A stretch of DNA of 58,216 nt from a virus (taxonomy: Duplodnaviria; Caudoviricetes), in the IMG/VR virus record IMGVR_UViG_3300043411_002890, positions 1 through 58,216 of that record, one strand, 5' to 3'. Every line of letters starts with the position of its first letter. Positions within the stretch are counted from its first letter, which is position 1. Below are positions 26,569 through 36,158 of this stretch, in pieces. The translations under genes were made by a program, and so were the position numbers. A model generated the notes under the pieces. It had not been told where the DNA came from. It did not search any database and was given only the letters and a program-made list of their open reading frames with translations.

Positions 26569-27050
26569 TATTTCATTCCTGTAGAACCAAATCCAGATTG
26601 TCCTCTGGATGTTTCTGTGACCGTCTCAGTCGTTGACAACAAAATTTCCGCAGAATTAGCCGCAACTCTATAAATTATCATTTGTGCTATTCTATCACCA
26701 ACATTAATTTTAAATGGAACCATGCTATTATTATTCATAATGCATTTAATTTCATTTCTATAAGAAAGATCAACTATTCCACCTGTTGGAACAATTCTTT
26801 TTAAGGCTAACCCAGACCTTCCTTCGATCTTAATAAAATAAGATTTGTCAAGATTATTAGAAAACTCAACATCTGCAAGAACTAATCCTGTTCCAACAGG
26901 TTTTGTTTCACCAGGCTCAAGCACAATTTCTTGACAAGAATAAAGATCAAAAGCAGCATCCCCTTCATGTGCTTTTGTTGGCAATTTAGCATTACTGTCA
27001 TTTAGTTTGAATTTGATATTCATCATAGTCCCCATATGATAAGATGCCAT
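26568..27050 (-). CDS. dut: dUTPase (trimeric type)
   Basis: DAAFDLY...GRSGLA...GIVDLSYR.EI...GDRIAQ...RGQSGFGSTG. Confidence 0.95.
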   Translation of the reverse strand: MASYHMGTMMNIKFKLNDSNAKLPTKAHEGDAAFDLYSCQEIVLEPGETKPVGTGLVLADVEFSNNLDKSYFIKIEGRSGLALKRIVPTGGIVDLSYRNEIKCIMNNNSMVPFKINVGDRIAQMIIYRVAANSAEILLSTTETVTETSRGQSGFGSTGMK

Positions 27051-27090
27051 TTTCGGGGCAGCAACCGATCAAACTAATATTCGTTATCCG

Positions 27091-28758
27091 TTAGTCGATT
27101 CCGTGCTCCGAGACAGCGCCAGTAACCGCAGAAAATTCATCCTTGTCATCCATTTTTAATATAAAAGCTCCATCACAAAGTGAGAGGATATATGGTTTAT
27201 ATTTTTCATTTGTGAATATTGATGGAAAATCTACTTTGTAGAATTTCTTTTCTTCCACAATCTCTCCTGTTTTAATGTTAATAAGCTCAAAGGTTTTCCA
27301 CGCACCAGAACCTGTAAGTTGACCAACAATCCCATCATCAAGAGCATATTTTGCTTTGTTTTTTATAAACTTGTCCGATTCACAAAATATTCTGAGGTCA
27401 TCAAAAAGAAGTTCTAGATCTGTTACGCCTTTACCATAAATGATTTGTATTTCAGCTTGTCTATAAGGTCTTGCAACTTTATTTTTAACTGTTCCAATTC
27501 TTATTTGGATTCCTCTGATGATTTCTTGTTTGTCAACCGTTTCTTTTATTTTTTGTGGAGTATAAACTCTTAATCTAACTGATGCAGCAAAAGGAATTGC
27601 CATACCTCCAGGGGTCGTCGTGTTATGGTTTATTTGACCTTCAGCTAAGTAACAATTAGTATCTTTTACAGAAAGATCTAAAACTTCAATTTCTTTATCA
27701 ATTTTTATCGCCTCTGGGTGATTTTTTAGTTCTACCCATTCATTATTAAATAATACTTTATGATTTGCCGTACCCTTTAATGTTCCAAGCTGGTAGTGAT
27801 TATCACTTTTTTCTTTTACAACAAGATCTGTTATCTTGCTCCAGCAAGATAGTTTTGTTTTCTCATCATAACTTTCAATTTCGATATTTTCATCCTCAAC
27901 ACATAACATGCCAGGGTTTGAAAAATCATTAAGGCCATATCTTTTAAAGAGATCTTCTATCGATAGCTCTTCTATTTCATTTTTAACTTTTACTTTTATT
28001 TTTGTTTCAGGCGCAACACAAGCATCACCATGTAGTATTCCAATCTTTTGTCTTGTTTGATTAAGAAGAATTAGTGTCACTCCCTTATCCTTCAATATCT
28101 GATTAACTTTCATAATACCTTTGCTAAGGGCTCTAGCTTTAATTCCAATTTGCTGCTGCTCGTAAGTCGCCTCTAGCTCTACTCTAGAAACGGAGGCCGC
28201 TACAGAGTCCCACACGATGATTATAGGCATAGCCTTGTCTTGATTCTTAACAGAAGTTATAATTTGTTCAATCAACTGAAAAGTATCTTCAATACATTGT
28301 TCTTGTACGAAAATTAATTCATCAATATTAACTCCTATAACCGCTAAGTTTTCTAGTGAGGTAGCATTTTCAGAATCAATATAGACTGCAATAGCGCCTT
28401 CTCTTTGAGCTTGCGCACAAATTGTTTGTGCTAAAGTAGATTTACCAGATGAAGGTTCTCCGAAGATCTCTATAATTCTACCTTCTGGTATTCCTCCTCC
28501 TCGCTTATTTGAAATAATATAATCTAATTTTACTGCCGATGTTGTATACCAGTTTTTGACATTAGTTGGTGCATCTTCATCTGTATTAAGATTGAATGCA
28601 ATGCGCTCTCCTTTTGTCTTATTAATTTCACGAGTTATGTTTGAAATTAAACTGGCTTTTTTAGCCGTCGAGTTTTCAGAACTCGAATCAGCAGAGAGAC
28701 TATTCTTTCCTGTGGAGTTTCCTAGGTCTTGTTTTAGTGTTTTCTTTATTGGTGCCAT
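27091..28758 (-). CDS. recA: RecA/UvsX recombinase with mini-intein
   Basis: GGIPEGRIIEIFGEPSSGKST, YIDSE, WDSVAA, NQTRQKIG..HGDA|intein|TTTPGG.A..F.ASVR, KNKVARP. Confidence 0.95.
   Translation of the reverse strand: MAPIKKTLKQDLGNSTGKNSLSADSSSENSTAKKASLISNITREINKTKGERIAFNLNTDEDAPTNVKNWYTTSAVKLDYIISNKRGGGIPEGRIIEIFGEPSSGKSTLAQTICAQAQREGAIAVYIDSENATSLENLAVIGVNIDELIFVQEQCIEDTFQLIEQIITSVKNQDKAMPIIIVWDSVAASVSRVELEATYEQQQIGIKARALSKGIMKVNQILKDKGVTLILLNQTRQKIGILHGDACVAPETKIKVKVKNEIEELSIEDLFKRYGLNDFSNPGMLCVEDENIEIESYDEKTKLSCWSKITDLVVKEKSDNHYQLGTLKGTANHKVLFNNEWVELKNHPEAIKIDKEIEVLDLSVKDTNCYLAEGQINHNTTTPGGMAIPFAASVRLRVYTPQKIKETVDKQEIIRGIQIRIGTVKNKVARPYRQAEIQIIYGKGVTDLELLFDDLRIFCESDKFIKNKAKYALDDGIVGQLTGSGAWKTFELINIKTGEIVEEKKFYKVDFPSIFTNEKYKPYILSLCDGAFILKMDDKDEFSAVTGAVSEHGID
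27622..28020 (-). mobile_element. Mini-intein (133 aa) in RecA
   Basis: CVAPETKI...TANH...VLDLSV...INHN|T. Confidence 0.9.
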
Positions 28759-28803
28759 TTTGAATATTTAAATAATAAGTCCGATTTTTATGAATACAAT
28801 GGT

Positions 28804-28839
28804 AAAAAAAAAGGCCAAGAATTTTTGTTCTCGGCCTTC
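28804..28839 (-). terminator. Intrinsic terminator after the SSB gene
   Basis: Minus strand AAGGCCGAGAA-caaaaa-TTCTTGGCCTT followed by a T run. Confidence 0.8.
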
Positions 28840-28861
28840 AAAATAGTCTAACTTATCGAGA

Positions 28862-29755
28862 TTAGTCTTTTTTTGCTTTTGCTTTCAAAGCGTTTAATTT
28901 AGCCAAAGCAGAAGCATTACTTAGTGAAACGGGTGACGTTTCTTGTTGTGGAGCCGATGAAAATTTCTCTTCTTTTTCTTCCTCTGATTCAATCACAATT
29001 TCTCCGATACGCTCCGCAGATTGTGGGGTTGCCCCGTTAGCCGCTAAGTCTTGTCTTTCAAGGAATCCGTCCAAAACCTTTCCTAAGTTTTCAGCAGATT
29101 TAACGAAACCTTTTTGAATCTCAATCATTTTTGGTGCAGATTCTAAAAGTGAATTTCGTTTTTCTTCTGTTGGGGCAAGAGGAGTTGGTTTCATTCTAAT
29201 TGAAAATGTATAGTTTCTAACTGGTTTTCCTTGCCAAAGTTTTGGTTTGCCGTTATTGTCTGTTTTTGGAGATACTATGACTTCAAAATCATGCCCTTCA
29301 AGAACATCAAAAACGTCTCTATCTTGAAAATCTTCAGCTTGAAGACAGCCATAGATAGCATCTCGAATATCTTTCGAGAACTCAAAAACTTGTACTCCAG
29401 CAGCTTCGTTTGTTCTATCAACTAACAGAGCGAAAAAAGACTCTCTCGCTTTTAAGTTTTTAGCGGTATTCCAATCATCTTTACGAATAAGATCAAATCT
29501 GTCTTTAACAGGATCTGGTAGATCAAATTGATATGGAGCTACGAAGCGTTTATTTTCTTCTAAGTTTCTATAGAAAAGAATTTCATAGAAAGGTTCATCT
29601 GTAAGATTATCACTTGGTTGAATAAACCTTACATTATATTTTTTTCCAATTTCTGGTCTCCAGGTTGGATAGGCAGGAACAAACTCTTTCTTTTGAAAGG
29701 GTTGTTTTGGTGCCATTTTATTTTTTATTGCTTGCAGATATTTTGGTTGTGCCAT
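28862..29755 (-). CDS. Single-stranded DNA-binding protein, T4 gp32-like
   Basis: W.P..GK.YNVRFI...PF...DPV...GVQVFEF...D..EGHDF; acidic C-terminal region; adjacent to recA. Confidence 0.7.
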   Translation of the reverse strand: MAQPKYLQAIKNKMAPKQPFQKKEFVPAYPTWRPEIGKKYNVRFIQPSDNLTDEPFYEILFYRNLEENKRFVAPYQFDLPDPVKDRFDLIRKDDWNTAKNLKARESFFALLVDRTNEAAGVQVFEFSKDIRDAIYGCLQAEDFQDRDVFDVLEGHDFEVIVSPKTDNNGKPKLWQGKPVRNYTFSIRMKPTPLAPTEEKRNSLLESAPKMIEIQKGFVKSAENLGKVLDGFLERQDLAANGATPQSAERIGEIVIESEEEKEEKFSSAPQQETSPVSLSNASALAKLNALKAKAKKD

Positions 29756-29877
29756 TTGTGTGTTCTTTCTTGTGTCAGCAATCTAGTCCTGGTATTTTTG
29801 GTCATCAATAGTAGAAAAAAATGACGGTGGTGGACTGTCGTTGCGACCTGTGTATAAGTAGTGTTTCGCGTGGAAAT

Positions 29878-30909
29878 TTACTCAGAAATGTGAGAAATTT
29901 TTGAGAAAAAATTAAAGTTTTTATAATCAAATTTTAGTATTTTTTCACTTCTGTTGAAGCTTGGTTTTGCATAAAATACTAAAGCATCGTGGATAACAAA
30001 AAAAGGAATTATGTCATTTTTATACGTTTTGAAAAAATCTGATAATAGTAATAAAGCAAGATCTGTCGCTGAACTTTGGATATAATAATTTATCAACATA
30101 TGCTCTTGAAATTCAGACTCTAAAGCTTGTTCTCTAGACAGTAAAGGTTTTCCAAACCAGTTATATAACTGACCATTTTCATATAGAGCAGAATTAAGTT
30201 TCTTTTTTAGATCATTTATTTCTGTTGAATTTAAAAATTCCTGAAGCTTCTCGGCCTCAGATTTATTAAGTTCTTGCACATGATTTATACTAGATCCGTA
30301 TAGTATTTTCAATACAGAAAGTTTCACGAAGTCTCGATCTATTGACTTAAGTGATAAATGATTTTTAATTGCAGTATAAATGTCATTATAATCCAAATCA
30401 GTAAACCCTAAAAGTTGAAACAATAAACTAGGCTCCAAAGCTCTAAAGTCTATAATAAAAAGATTTTTATCATTAAAAATGAATTTTCTATCTTCTTTTT
30501 TCAGAGTTAAAATTTGTGGACCAGCTTCTATACGCAGTCTTCCAGTTATAGATTTTAACCTATCATAAACTATAGATTCTGTTTTAGGTCTAAAACTATT
30601 AATAATATTAAAGTTTCTTTTGTCATTTACACTGGGATATTTCGAATGTAATATTTCTAGGTTTTCTAAATTCACATACTCATCACAATCTTGAAGATTG
30701 TCCAAAATATAGTTTGATACTTTGAAAGTATTTTCATAATACTGTTTGGTATTATTAAACGTTGACAGTGATTCAATTAAGTTTTTGAGGTTCGAGTTTT
30801 TGTTTAAAAATTCATCTATTTCGAAATCTGAATCTAAATTAAGAGATTCGATTAGAGAATTTAATCTCTGTGATTGTTCTGTTCTTAACAGAGATAAAAA
30901 TGTAGACAT
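29878..30909 (-). CDS. Minimal family A DNA polymerase (polymerase domain only)
   Basis: TGRL...GPQILTL, motif A IDFRALEP, motif B R...K....ILYG, NYYIQSSATD, motif C VIHDAL. Confidence 0.82.
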   Translation of the reverse strand: MSTFLSLLRTEQSQRLNSLIESLNLDSDFEIDEFLNKNSNLKNLIESLSTFNNTKQYYENTFKVSNYILDNLQDCDEYVNLENLEILHSKYPSVNDKRNFNIINSFRPKTESIVYDRLKSITGRLRIEAGPQILTLKKEDRKFIFNDKNLFIIDFRALEPSLLFQLLGFTDLDYNDIYTAIKNHLSLKSIDRDFVKLSVLKILYGSSINHVQELNKSEAEKLQEFLNSTEINDLKKKLNSALYENGQLYNWFGKPLLSREQALESEFQEHMLINYYIQSSATDLALLLLSDFFKTYKNDIIPFFVIHDALVFYAKPSFNRSEKILKFDYKNFNFFSKISHISE

Positions 30910-30912
30910 TGA

Positions 30913-31698
30913 TTATTTCTTTTTTGTTTTTAAGATAAGTTCTATTAGTTGTTTTAGACACTGGGGATATGTTGGTGAGTAATTTGGATTACTTGAAATA
31001 TTGTATAGTAGGCAATCATCTTCGAGATTTGCAAACTGCGACCCAGCAAGTAATGCCTTATACCAAAACCACATGTCTTCAGTTAAAGGAAGAAGATCTT
31101 CATACATTCCAATCTTATAAACTAAGTTTCGTCTATAAAGAACAGAAGCATTTCCGATTGGATTTAATCCATTTAAAAACCATTGCACACAACCATCGTG
31201 ATCAATTGGCCGTCTTTCAAGTTGAATATAATCTTTCTCTTCGCTATTTTTTATGCGGCCAACATATTGTGTACCTAAAATATCGATCTCTTTATTCTCT
31301 TCTAGAAAATCTATTTGTTTTTGCAGTTTAAGAGTATCAATCCAAACATCATCAGCATCTTGATTTGCTATATAGTCAAAATGACTTGATGTTCCTTGTT
31401 CGTTTGCGAACACTTTTTGTAATAAAAAGTTTCTTGTTGGGGTTGTTCCCTGAAATATATTTTGTTCTGATTTAACCAGATTAAACTGTTTTTCTGCTCT
31501 AAAAAAGAGATCTTTTGAGTTATAAAACTCAAAGAGTATATCTCCTGTTTTATCAGTTGAATTATTTAAAGTGACAAAAACAGTATTGTGAACATTATGT
31601 TTCAATTTTTGATTATAAATTGATTGTATACATTCAAGAATGTATTTTTCATCATTATAGGCAGGTATAACTGTTGCAATTTTTATTTCTTTATCCAT
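30913..31698 (-). CDS. Glycosyltransferase family 2
   Basis: VIPAYNDEKYI.ECI.SI..Q...NNSTDKT...DADD...EDMWFW. Confidence 0.9.
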   Translation of the reverse strand: MDKEIKIATVIPAYNDEKYILECIQSIYNQKLKHNVHNTVFVTLNNSTDKTGDILFEFYNSKDLFFRAEKQFNLVKSEQNIFQGTTPTRNFLLQKVFANEQGTSSHFDYIANQDADDVWIDTLKLQKQIDFLEENKEIDILGTQYVGRIKNSEEKDYIQLERRPIDHDGCVQWFLNGLNPIGNASVLYRRNLVYKIGMYEDLLPLTEDMWFWYKALLAGSQFANLEDDCLLYNISSNPNYSPTYPQCLKQLIELILKTKKK

Positions 31699-32678
31699 GG
31701 TGTGATATACCCAGGATGTGTAACTCCAACATTTTCAAACGTCAATGCATTTACAGAACTTCCGTCCCAAGGACTATGAAAAATCCAACCACCAGTTGAA
31801 GATTCTAATTTAGAAGAATATTCTCTAATCATCTCTTCTGTTATTTCTTTTTCATTTGGAAACATTGGATTATTTTCTAGATTGTCACCATAAAGACTAT
31901 TCCATGCAGTTGCCCAAAAATTTTTATAACTTCTTACTTTTCGTTCTATATCGAACCAAGAATAGTGATATATGCATGGAATATTTGAGTTTGTTACATG
32001 TTTTTTAAACCATAGTTCATAAACTTCAAGTGACGATTCTGAATATAAAGCTTCTTGCCTTAAAGGCATATTAAAATCGATATTTGGGAGATGTTGTTGT
32101 AAAGGTTCTAAAGTTGATACATTTATTAAATTACATCCATCTGTTCCAGGTTTTGCATACATTAAACCATTCTTAATATACGTTAAAGAACTTGGTAACC
32201 CATGTGTAATATGAGGTTTGTTTTTTGTTATTCTTTCTTTTGTTGGACCAATATCAATTCTAATTTTCTGGCCTCCCCAGAACTCAACAACTGGTAAATG
32301 TAAAATATCTAAATTTCCAGTATAGAAACTAAACAAAGTTTCCTTCCATTTTTTAATATCATTTTCATGTATTGTTTCATCAACATCAAATTGAACTAAA
32401 ACATCTCCTGTACAAACTGATCTAGATCTTGCTTTTGCAATACCATCATAAACACCATGATTTGGCGCACCCCAATCAATTTTAGAATCAAAACAAAGTT
32501 TGATTTTTTCATTCTTTGCGGCAATAGAAGAAAGTAATTCTCTTGTTCCATCATTTTTTCTTGATGAGTCAAAAATAACCAATTCATCAGCAATATCTGA
32601 AAATGAACTGATTGCGGCTTCGAATGGATAATTGTTGGTTAAACAATCTTTTGTTGTTGTATAGGCACTTACTTTCAC
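31683..32678 (-). CDS. Glycosyltransferase (GT-A fold, family 2-like)
   Basis: YPFEAAI.S...ADELVI.D...DGT...QFDVDE..HE...HYSW. Confidence 0.8.
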   Translation of the reverse strand: MKVSAYTTTKDCLTNNYPFEAAISSFSDIADELVIFDSSRKNDGTRELLSSIAAKNEKIKLCFDSKIDWGAPNHGVYDGIAKARSRSVCTGDVLVQFDVDETIHENDIKKWKETLFSFYTGNLDILHLPVVEFWGGQKIRIDIGPTKERITKNKPHITHGLPSSLTYIKNGLMYAKPGTDGCNLINVSTLEPLQQHLPNIDFNMPLRQEALYSESSLEVYELWFKKHVTNSNIPCIYHYSWFDIERKVRSYKNFWATAWNSLYGDNLENNPMFPNEKEITEEMIREYSSKLESSTGGWIFHSPWDGSSVNALTFENVGVTHPGYITPWIKK

Positions 32679-32694
32679 TTTTTTCTCCTTGAGA

Positions 32695-33594
32695 TCAACC
32701 TTTACAGTGTTCTGTTCCGTAATAAACGCAGAATCTACAATTATCTCTATTTTTAGTATAGAAATGTTTTCTTATGTTGATGAAAAATTTCTTAATAAGG
32801 TTTTCTGCCTCTTTAAGTTCTTTTTCACCAGATTCGATTGGAATATAAAGACATCTACTTGGATTTGATTTGGGAGTTTTTCTTCTTAAGACAACAAACC
32901 CACATTCAATTTGATCCAAAGGAACATTATTCTTAATAGAATAAAAATGTTTATAAAGTACTAGTTGCAAGTATTTTTTCGGATCTTTAGATTTACTCTT
33001 ATCCCAGAAATCAGAACTTGTTTTCCAGTCAATAATATACACTTTATCATTTGACTTAATAATGCCATCGACAAAACCCTTGAAAAAATATCCAGTTTCG
33101 TTTTCGATTGGTTCAAACATTTCATATTCTGCCGCAACATATTCCCAATCTCCGAAAGTTTTAGTCATAAACTCAGGGATTTGAGTTGCAATTGGTTCAA
33201 TTACTTCTTGCCACAGTTGAGGTTCTTCCGCAAGTTTTTCAGCTTTTGGAAGTTTGTTAAACAACTCGGTCAACTTAACACGTTGCTCTTCAAAATCTGG
33301 TAAGGCTCTTGTTTTCAGATATTCTTCTAATATATCATGTAATACTTGACCGAACTCAGTATTTTCATTTGGACCATCAAGAGCAATTTGTTCTATATAT
33401 TTTAACTTATGTTTGAATCTACATTCATACCAAGTTAGCAACTCTGAAAAGCTAATATAGTTTTTCTTTTTTTCCATAGGAAGAGTTGAAACGCTTCCTT
33501 CAAATATTTTTTTTAGAATAAAATCATCTGATGATGACGCATCTTGCTCAAAATATACTACTGGTAACGTTTTCTTTTTTGGTTCCACTGACAT
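32695..33594 (-). CDS. PD-(D/E)xK exonuclease, AddB/Cas4-like
   Basis: ISFSEL..W.EC...FG..LH..LE...GFVDG...IIDWKT...QL.LY...CRFC.Y....C. Confidence 0.88.
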   Translation of the reverse strand: MSVEPKKKTLPVVYFEQDASSSDDFILKKIFEGSVSTLPMEKKKNYISFSELLTWYECRFKHKLKYIEQIALDGPNENTEFGQVLHDILEEYLKTRALPDFEEQRVKLTELFNKLPKAEKLAEEPQLWQEVIEPIATQIPEFMTKTFGDWEYVAAEYEMFEPIENETGYFFKGFVDGIIKSNDKVYIIDWKTSSDFWDKSKSKDPKKYLQLVLYKHFYSIKNNVPLDQIECGFVVLRRKTPKSNPSRCLYIPIESGEKELKEAENLIKKFFINIRKHFYTKNRDNCRFCVYYGTEHCKG

Positions 33595-33641
33595 ATCACC
33601 ATGTTATGTCGCCGATTTTGTCTTGTCCATAGGCAATCAGA

Positions 33642-34748
33642 TTATCCGTATATGGATGAGTTATGCCTAACCCCAAACTCGACGTTTCTTTTGAATTCTT
33701 CAAGTGTTCTAGAATCTGTATAACTCATTGCTGATCGTAAGCCACCAGCAATATTTTCAATTATTTCTTTCACATTTCCTTTTACTTTAACTTCGACTTC
33801 TTTACCCTCAGGAGTGGCCAACATTACATTTGGATCATTTAATAAATCACTTTGCCTTTTCATAGATCCAAATGATGCCATACCTCTATATTTTACAATG
33901 CCTGAATTTGGCTTAATAGAATCTTTCAAAGTTTGGCTCATAGATAAACCAATATCACTGTAGTGGTGGTAATTTTTTTCTAACATTTCTATTTCTTTTT
34001 TTACAGATACCACTGGTGGTGTTTCTTGCGATCCAGCGAAAAAACTACCACTCATTACAAGCGTCGCACCCGCTCCAATTGCTTTTGCGAAATCACCAAT
34101 CTCTTTACAACCTCCATCTGCAATAACTGGAACTGATAAATCAGTTGATAAACACGTATCCATTACACATGAAAATGCTGGGGAATTGACTCCAGTTGTA
34201 TTTTTGGTGGTGCAGATACTTCCCGAGCCAATCAAAATTTTAACCGCATCTGCTCCCATATTTTGCAATGCTATTGCACCTTCTGGTGTTCCAACATTTC
34301 CTAGCACAATTTTATATTGTTTTCTATATGGATCTGTATTAAACCAATGCATCAATACTTCAACATGATGACACCATGCGTTTGCAATATCAACAATGAA
34401 ATATCTCGCGCCTGCAGCATATAATTTACTATGTCTTTCTTTATAGTCTTTTACTCCTAAACTACAGAAACACTCGCATCCTGCGTCTCTTACTTCTTTA
34501 AACTGCTCAACATTTTCTTCAATAGACATAAATCGATGAAGAGCTCCAATCGTACCAGCTTTATATGCAGCGATTGCCATTTCTTTCTCGCAAACAGTAT
34601 CCATGTTTGAAACAACAACAGGAATTTTTAGTTCCAATCCAAGAAAATTTACCGTTGTATCTGCTTCCATTCTTGACTTGAGAGATGACCTCCCAGGTTT
34701 AATATATACGTCTTGATATGTATATTTTGGCTTAGTATCTATTTTCAT
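33642..34748 (-). CDS. IMP dehydrogenase / GMP reductase family protein without CBS domains
   Basis: SNMDTV, GALHRF, GNVGT, GSGSICTT, IADGG, YRGMAS, EG, GGLRSAMSY; GuaB versus GuaC cannot be decided by eye. Confidence 0.9.
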   Translation of the reverse strand: MKIDTKPKYTYQDVYIKPGRSSLKSRMEADTTVNFLGLELKIPVVVSNMDTVCEKEMAIAAYKAGTIGALHRFMSIEENVEQFKEVRDAGCECFCSLGVKDYKERHSKLYAAGARYFIVDIANAWCHHVEVLMHWFNTDPYRKQYKIVLGNVGTPEGAIALQNMGADAVKILIGSGSICTTKNTTGVNSPAFSCVMDTCLSTDLSVPVIADGGCKEIGDFAKAIGAGATLVMSGSFFAGSQETPPVVSVKKEIEMLEKNYHHYSDIGLSMSQTLKDSIKPNSGIVKYRGMASFGSMKRQSDLLNDPNVMLATPEGKEVEVKVKGNVKEIIENIAGGLRSAMSYTDSRTLEEFKRNVEFGVRHNSSIYG

Positions 34749-34811
34749 TGCCCACACAACCTAACCACCCATTTTTAGCTGACAATGGGCATAGTTATTC
34801 AGACAAGTGCA

Positions 34812-35183
34812 ATGGATCTAACAGAAGAAAATAAAACAATAATAAAAGAATTTATTGAACACTGTAAGTTTGAGCTCCAAATTAATTCTAAATTTACCAT
34901 AAAAATAATAAAAAAAGGATTGAAAGACCCAACAGCGGGAACCTTCAACCCTTCAACAAATGTAATAACGGTATGCTGTAAAAATCGAGCCGTTGCTGAT
35001 TGTTTACGAACAATTGCACATGAAATGACTCACTTGAAACAATTAGAAGACCTAAACGGCAATTCATTTCCAGAAACAGATGAAGAATTACAGCCATATG
35101 AGAACGATGCAAACGTGTCAAGTGGAAAACTTGTACGCTATTGGGGAAGAACACACAGGGAAATTTATAATGATTTGAGATAG
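34812..35183 (+). CDS. Small HExxH metallopeptidase-like protein
   Basis: LRTIAHEMTH..Q...YENDAN; alternative start 34785. Confidence 0.75.
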   Translation: MDLTEENKTIIKEFIEHCKFELQINSKFTIKIIKKGLKDPTAGTFNPSTNVITVCCKNRAVADCLRTIAHEMTHLKQLEDLNGNSFPETDEELQPYENDANVSSGKLVRYWGRTHREIYNDLR

Positions 35184-35184
35184 A

Positions 35185-36111
35185 TCAAACTATTTTTTCC
35201 CAGAAAAATGCAGGTCTACTTTTAAGGTAAGTAACTATTTCTTCTCTTGTACCATTAAACCAAGCTTCATCTTTATGCTGAACATTTTTATTTAAAATCA
35301 AATCTAATCCAAGAAGTTTAGCTTCTATTGTAACCCTAGGGCAAGTATCTTTATCAGATGGTCTAAAACAAAATGTCTTATATTTTGCTAGTTCTACTAA
35401 AAACTCATAATAAGGTTTTTTTGGAAGATGTGCAAAGTTTTTTCCATCAAGTTTCAAAAAGGCTTCTGTTGATTCAATTCCTTTTATCCAAGTTGAACCT
35501 TCTTTTGATAAGATCGCAACTTCTTCTTTTTTTGGCTTATCAAGATTTGAGTTATAAATAAAATCTATTTTATTCAGAGAAAATTCGTCAAATACGGAAG
35601 ATAAAATAAAACTTTGTTTATCTGCTAATTCAGACAGTCTAGAAATTTGATGTTTCTTTTGAGCTTCACTCATCCAAAAAACAGCTTCTGCGCCTAAGAA
35701 CAATTTAAGAATCACTTCTTTTATATGTTCGTTTTTATAACAATCACATGCTTTTTTTGTTTGAATTAGATGTAATCCTTCCGATCTAAATCTGCAATAT
35801 TTATAATCGTATTCAATAATATAATACTTTACATTATGTTCTCTTAATGCAGACAAACCTTCAACTGAAGCTGAAACAAAATTTGTTAATATAAACGTTT
35901 TATCTTTATTTGCTTTTATTATTTCTTCTGTCAAAGAAGAGGCGTGCATCTTAAAAATATTATTAGGATTAGAAGATTGATTAATCAAAGCTTCGGTTGT
36001 TAATTCTGCCCCACCTTGAACTTCGTTTGCAAAAAAGTCTGAAACAAAAATAGTTTTAATAAACTTTGGTACATGAAACTCTACTGGTAGATTTGTAAAA
36101 ACATTTCTCAT
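35185..36111 (-). CDS. Putative glycosyltransferase (GT-B / family 1-like)
   Basis: FVSDFF....GGAELT...WIKG...P...DTCPRVTIEAKLLG. Confidence 0.7.
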   Translation of the reverse strand: MRNVFTNLPVEFHVPKFIKTIFVSDFFANEVQGGAELTTEALINQSSNPNNIFKMHASSLTEEIIKANKDKTFILTNFVSASVEGLSALREHNVKYYIIEYDYKYCRFRSEGLHLIQTKKACDCYKNEHIKEVILKLFLGAEAVFWMSEAQKKHQISRLSELADKQSFILSSVFDEFSLNKIDFIYNSNLDKPKKEEVAILSKEGSTWIKGIESTEAFLKLDGKNFAHLPKKPYYEFLVELAKYKTFCFRPSDKDTCPRVTIEAKLLGLDLILNKNVQHKDEAWFNGTREEIVTYLKSRPAFFWEKIV

Positions 36112-36158
36112 GATATATAATATTGGAACAAGATCTGGTGATCTGTAAATTACAGATA

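Noticed and set aside
32695-33594. Cas4-like nuclease as part of a CRISPR-Cas system
   Set aside because: No array or other cas genes; solo nucleases of this type are common in phage replication modules
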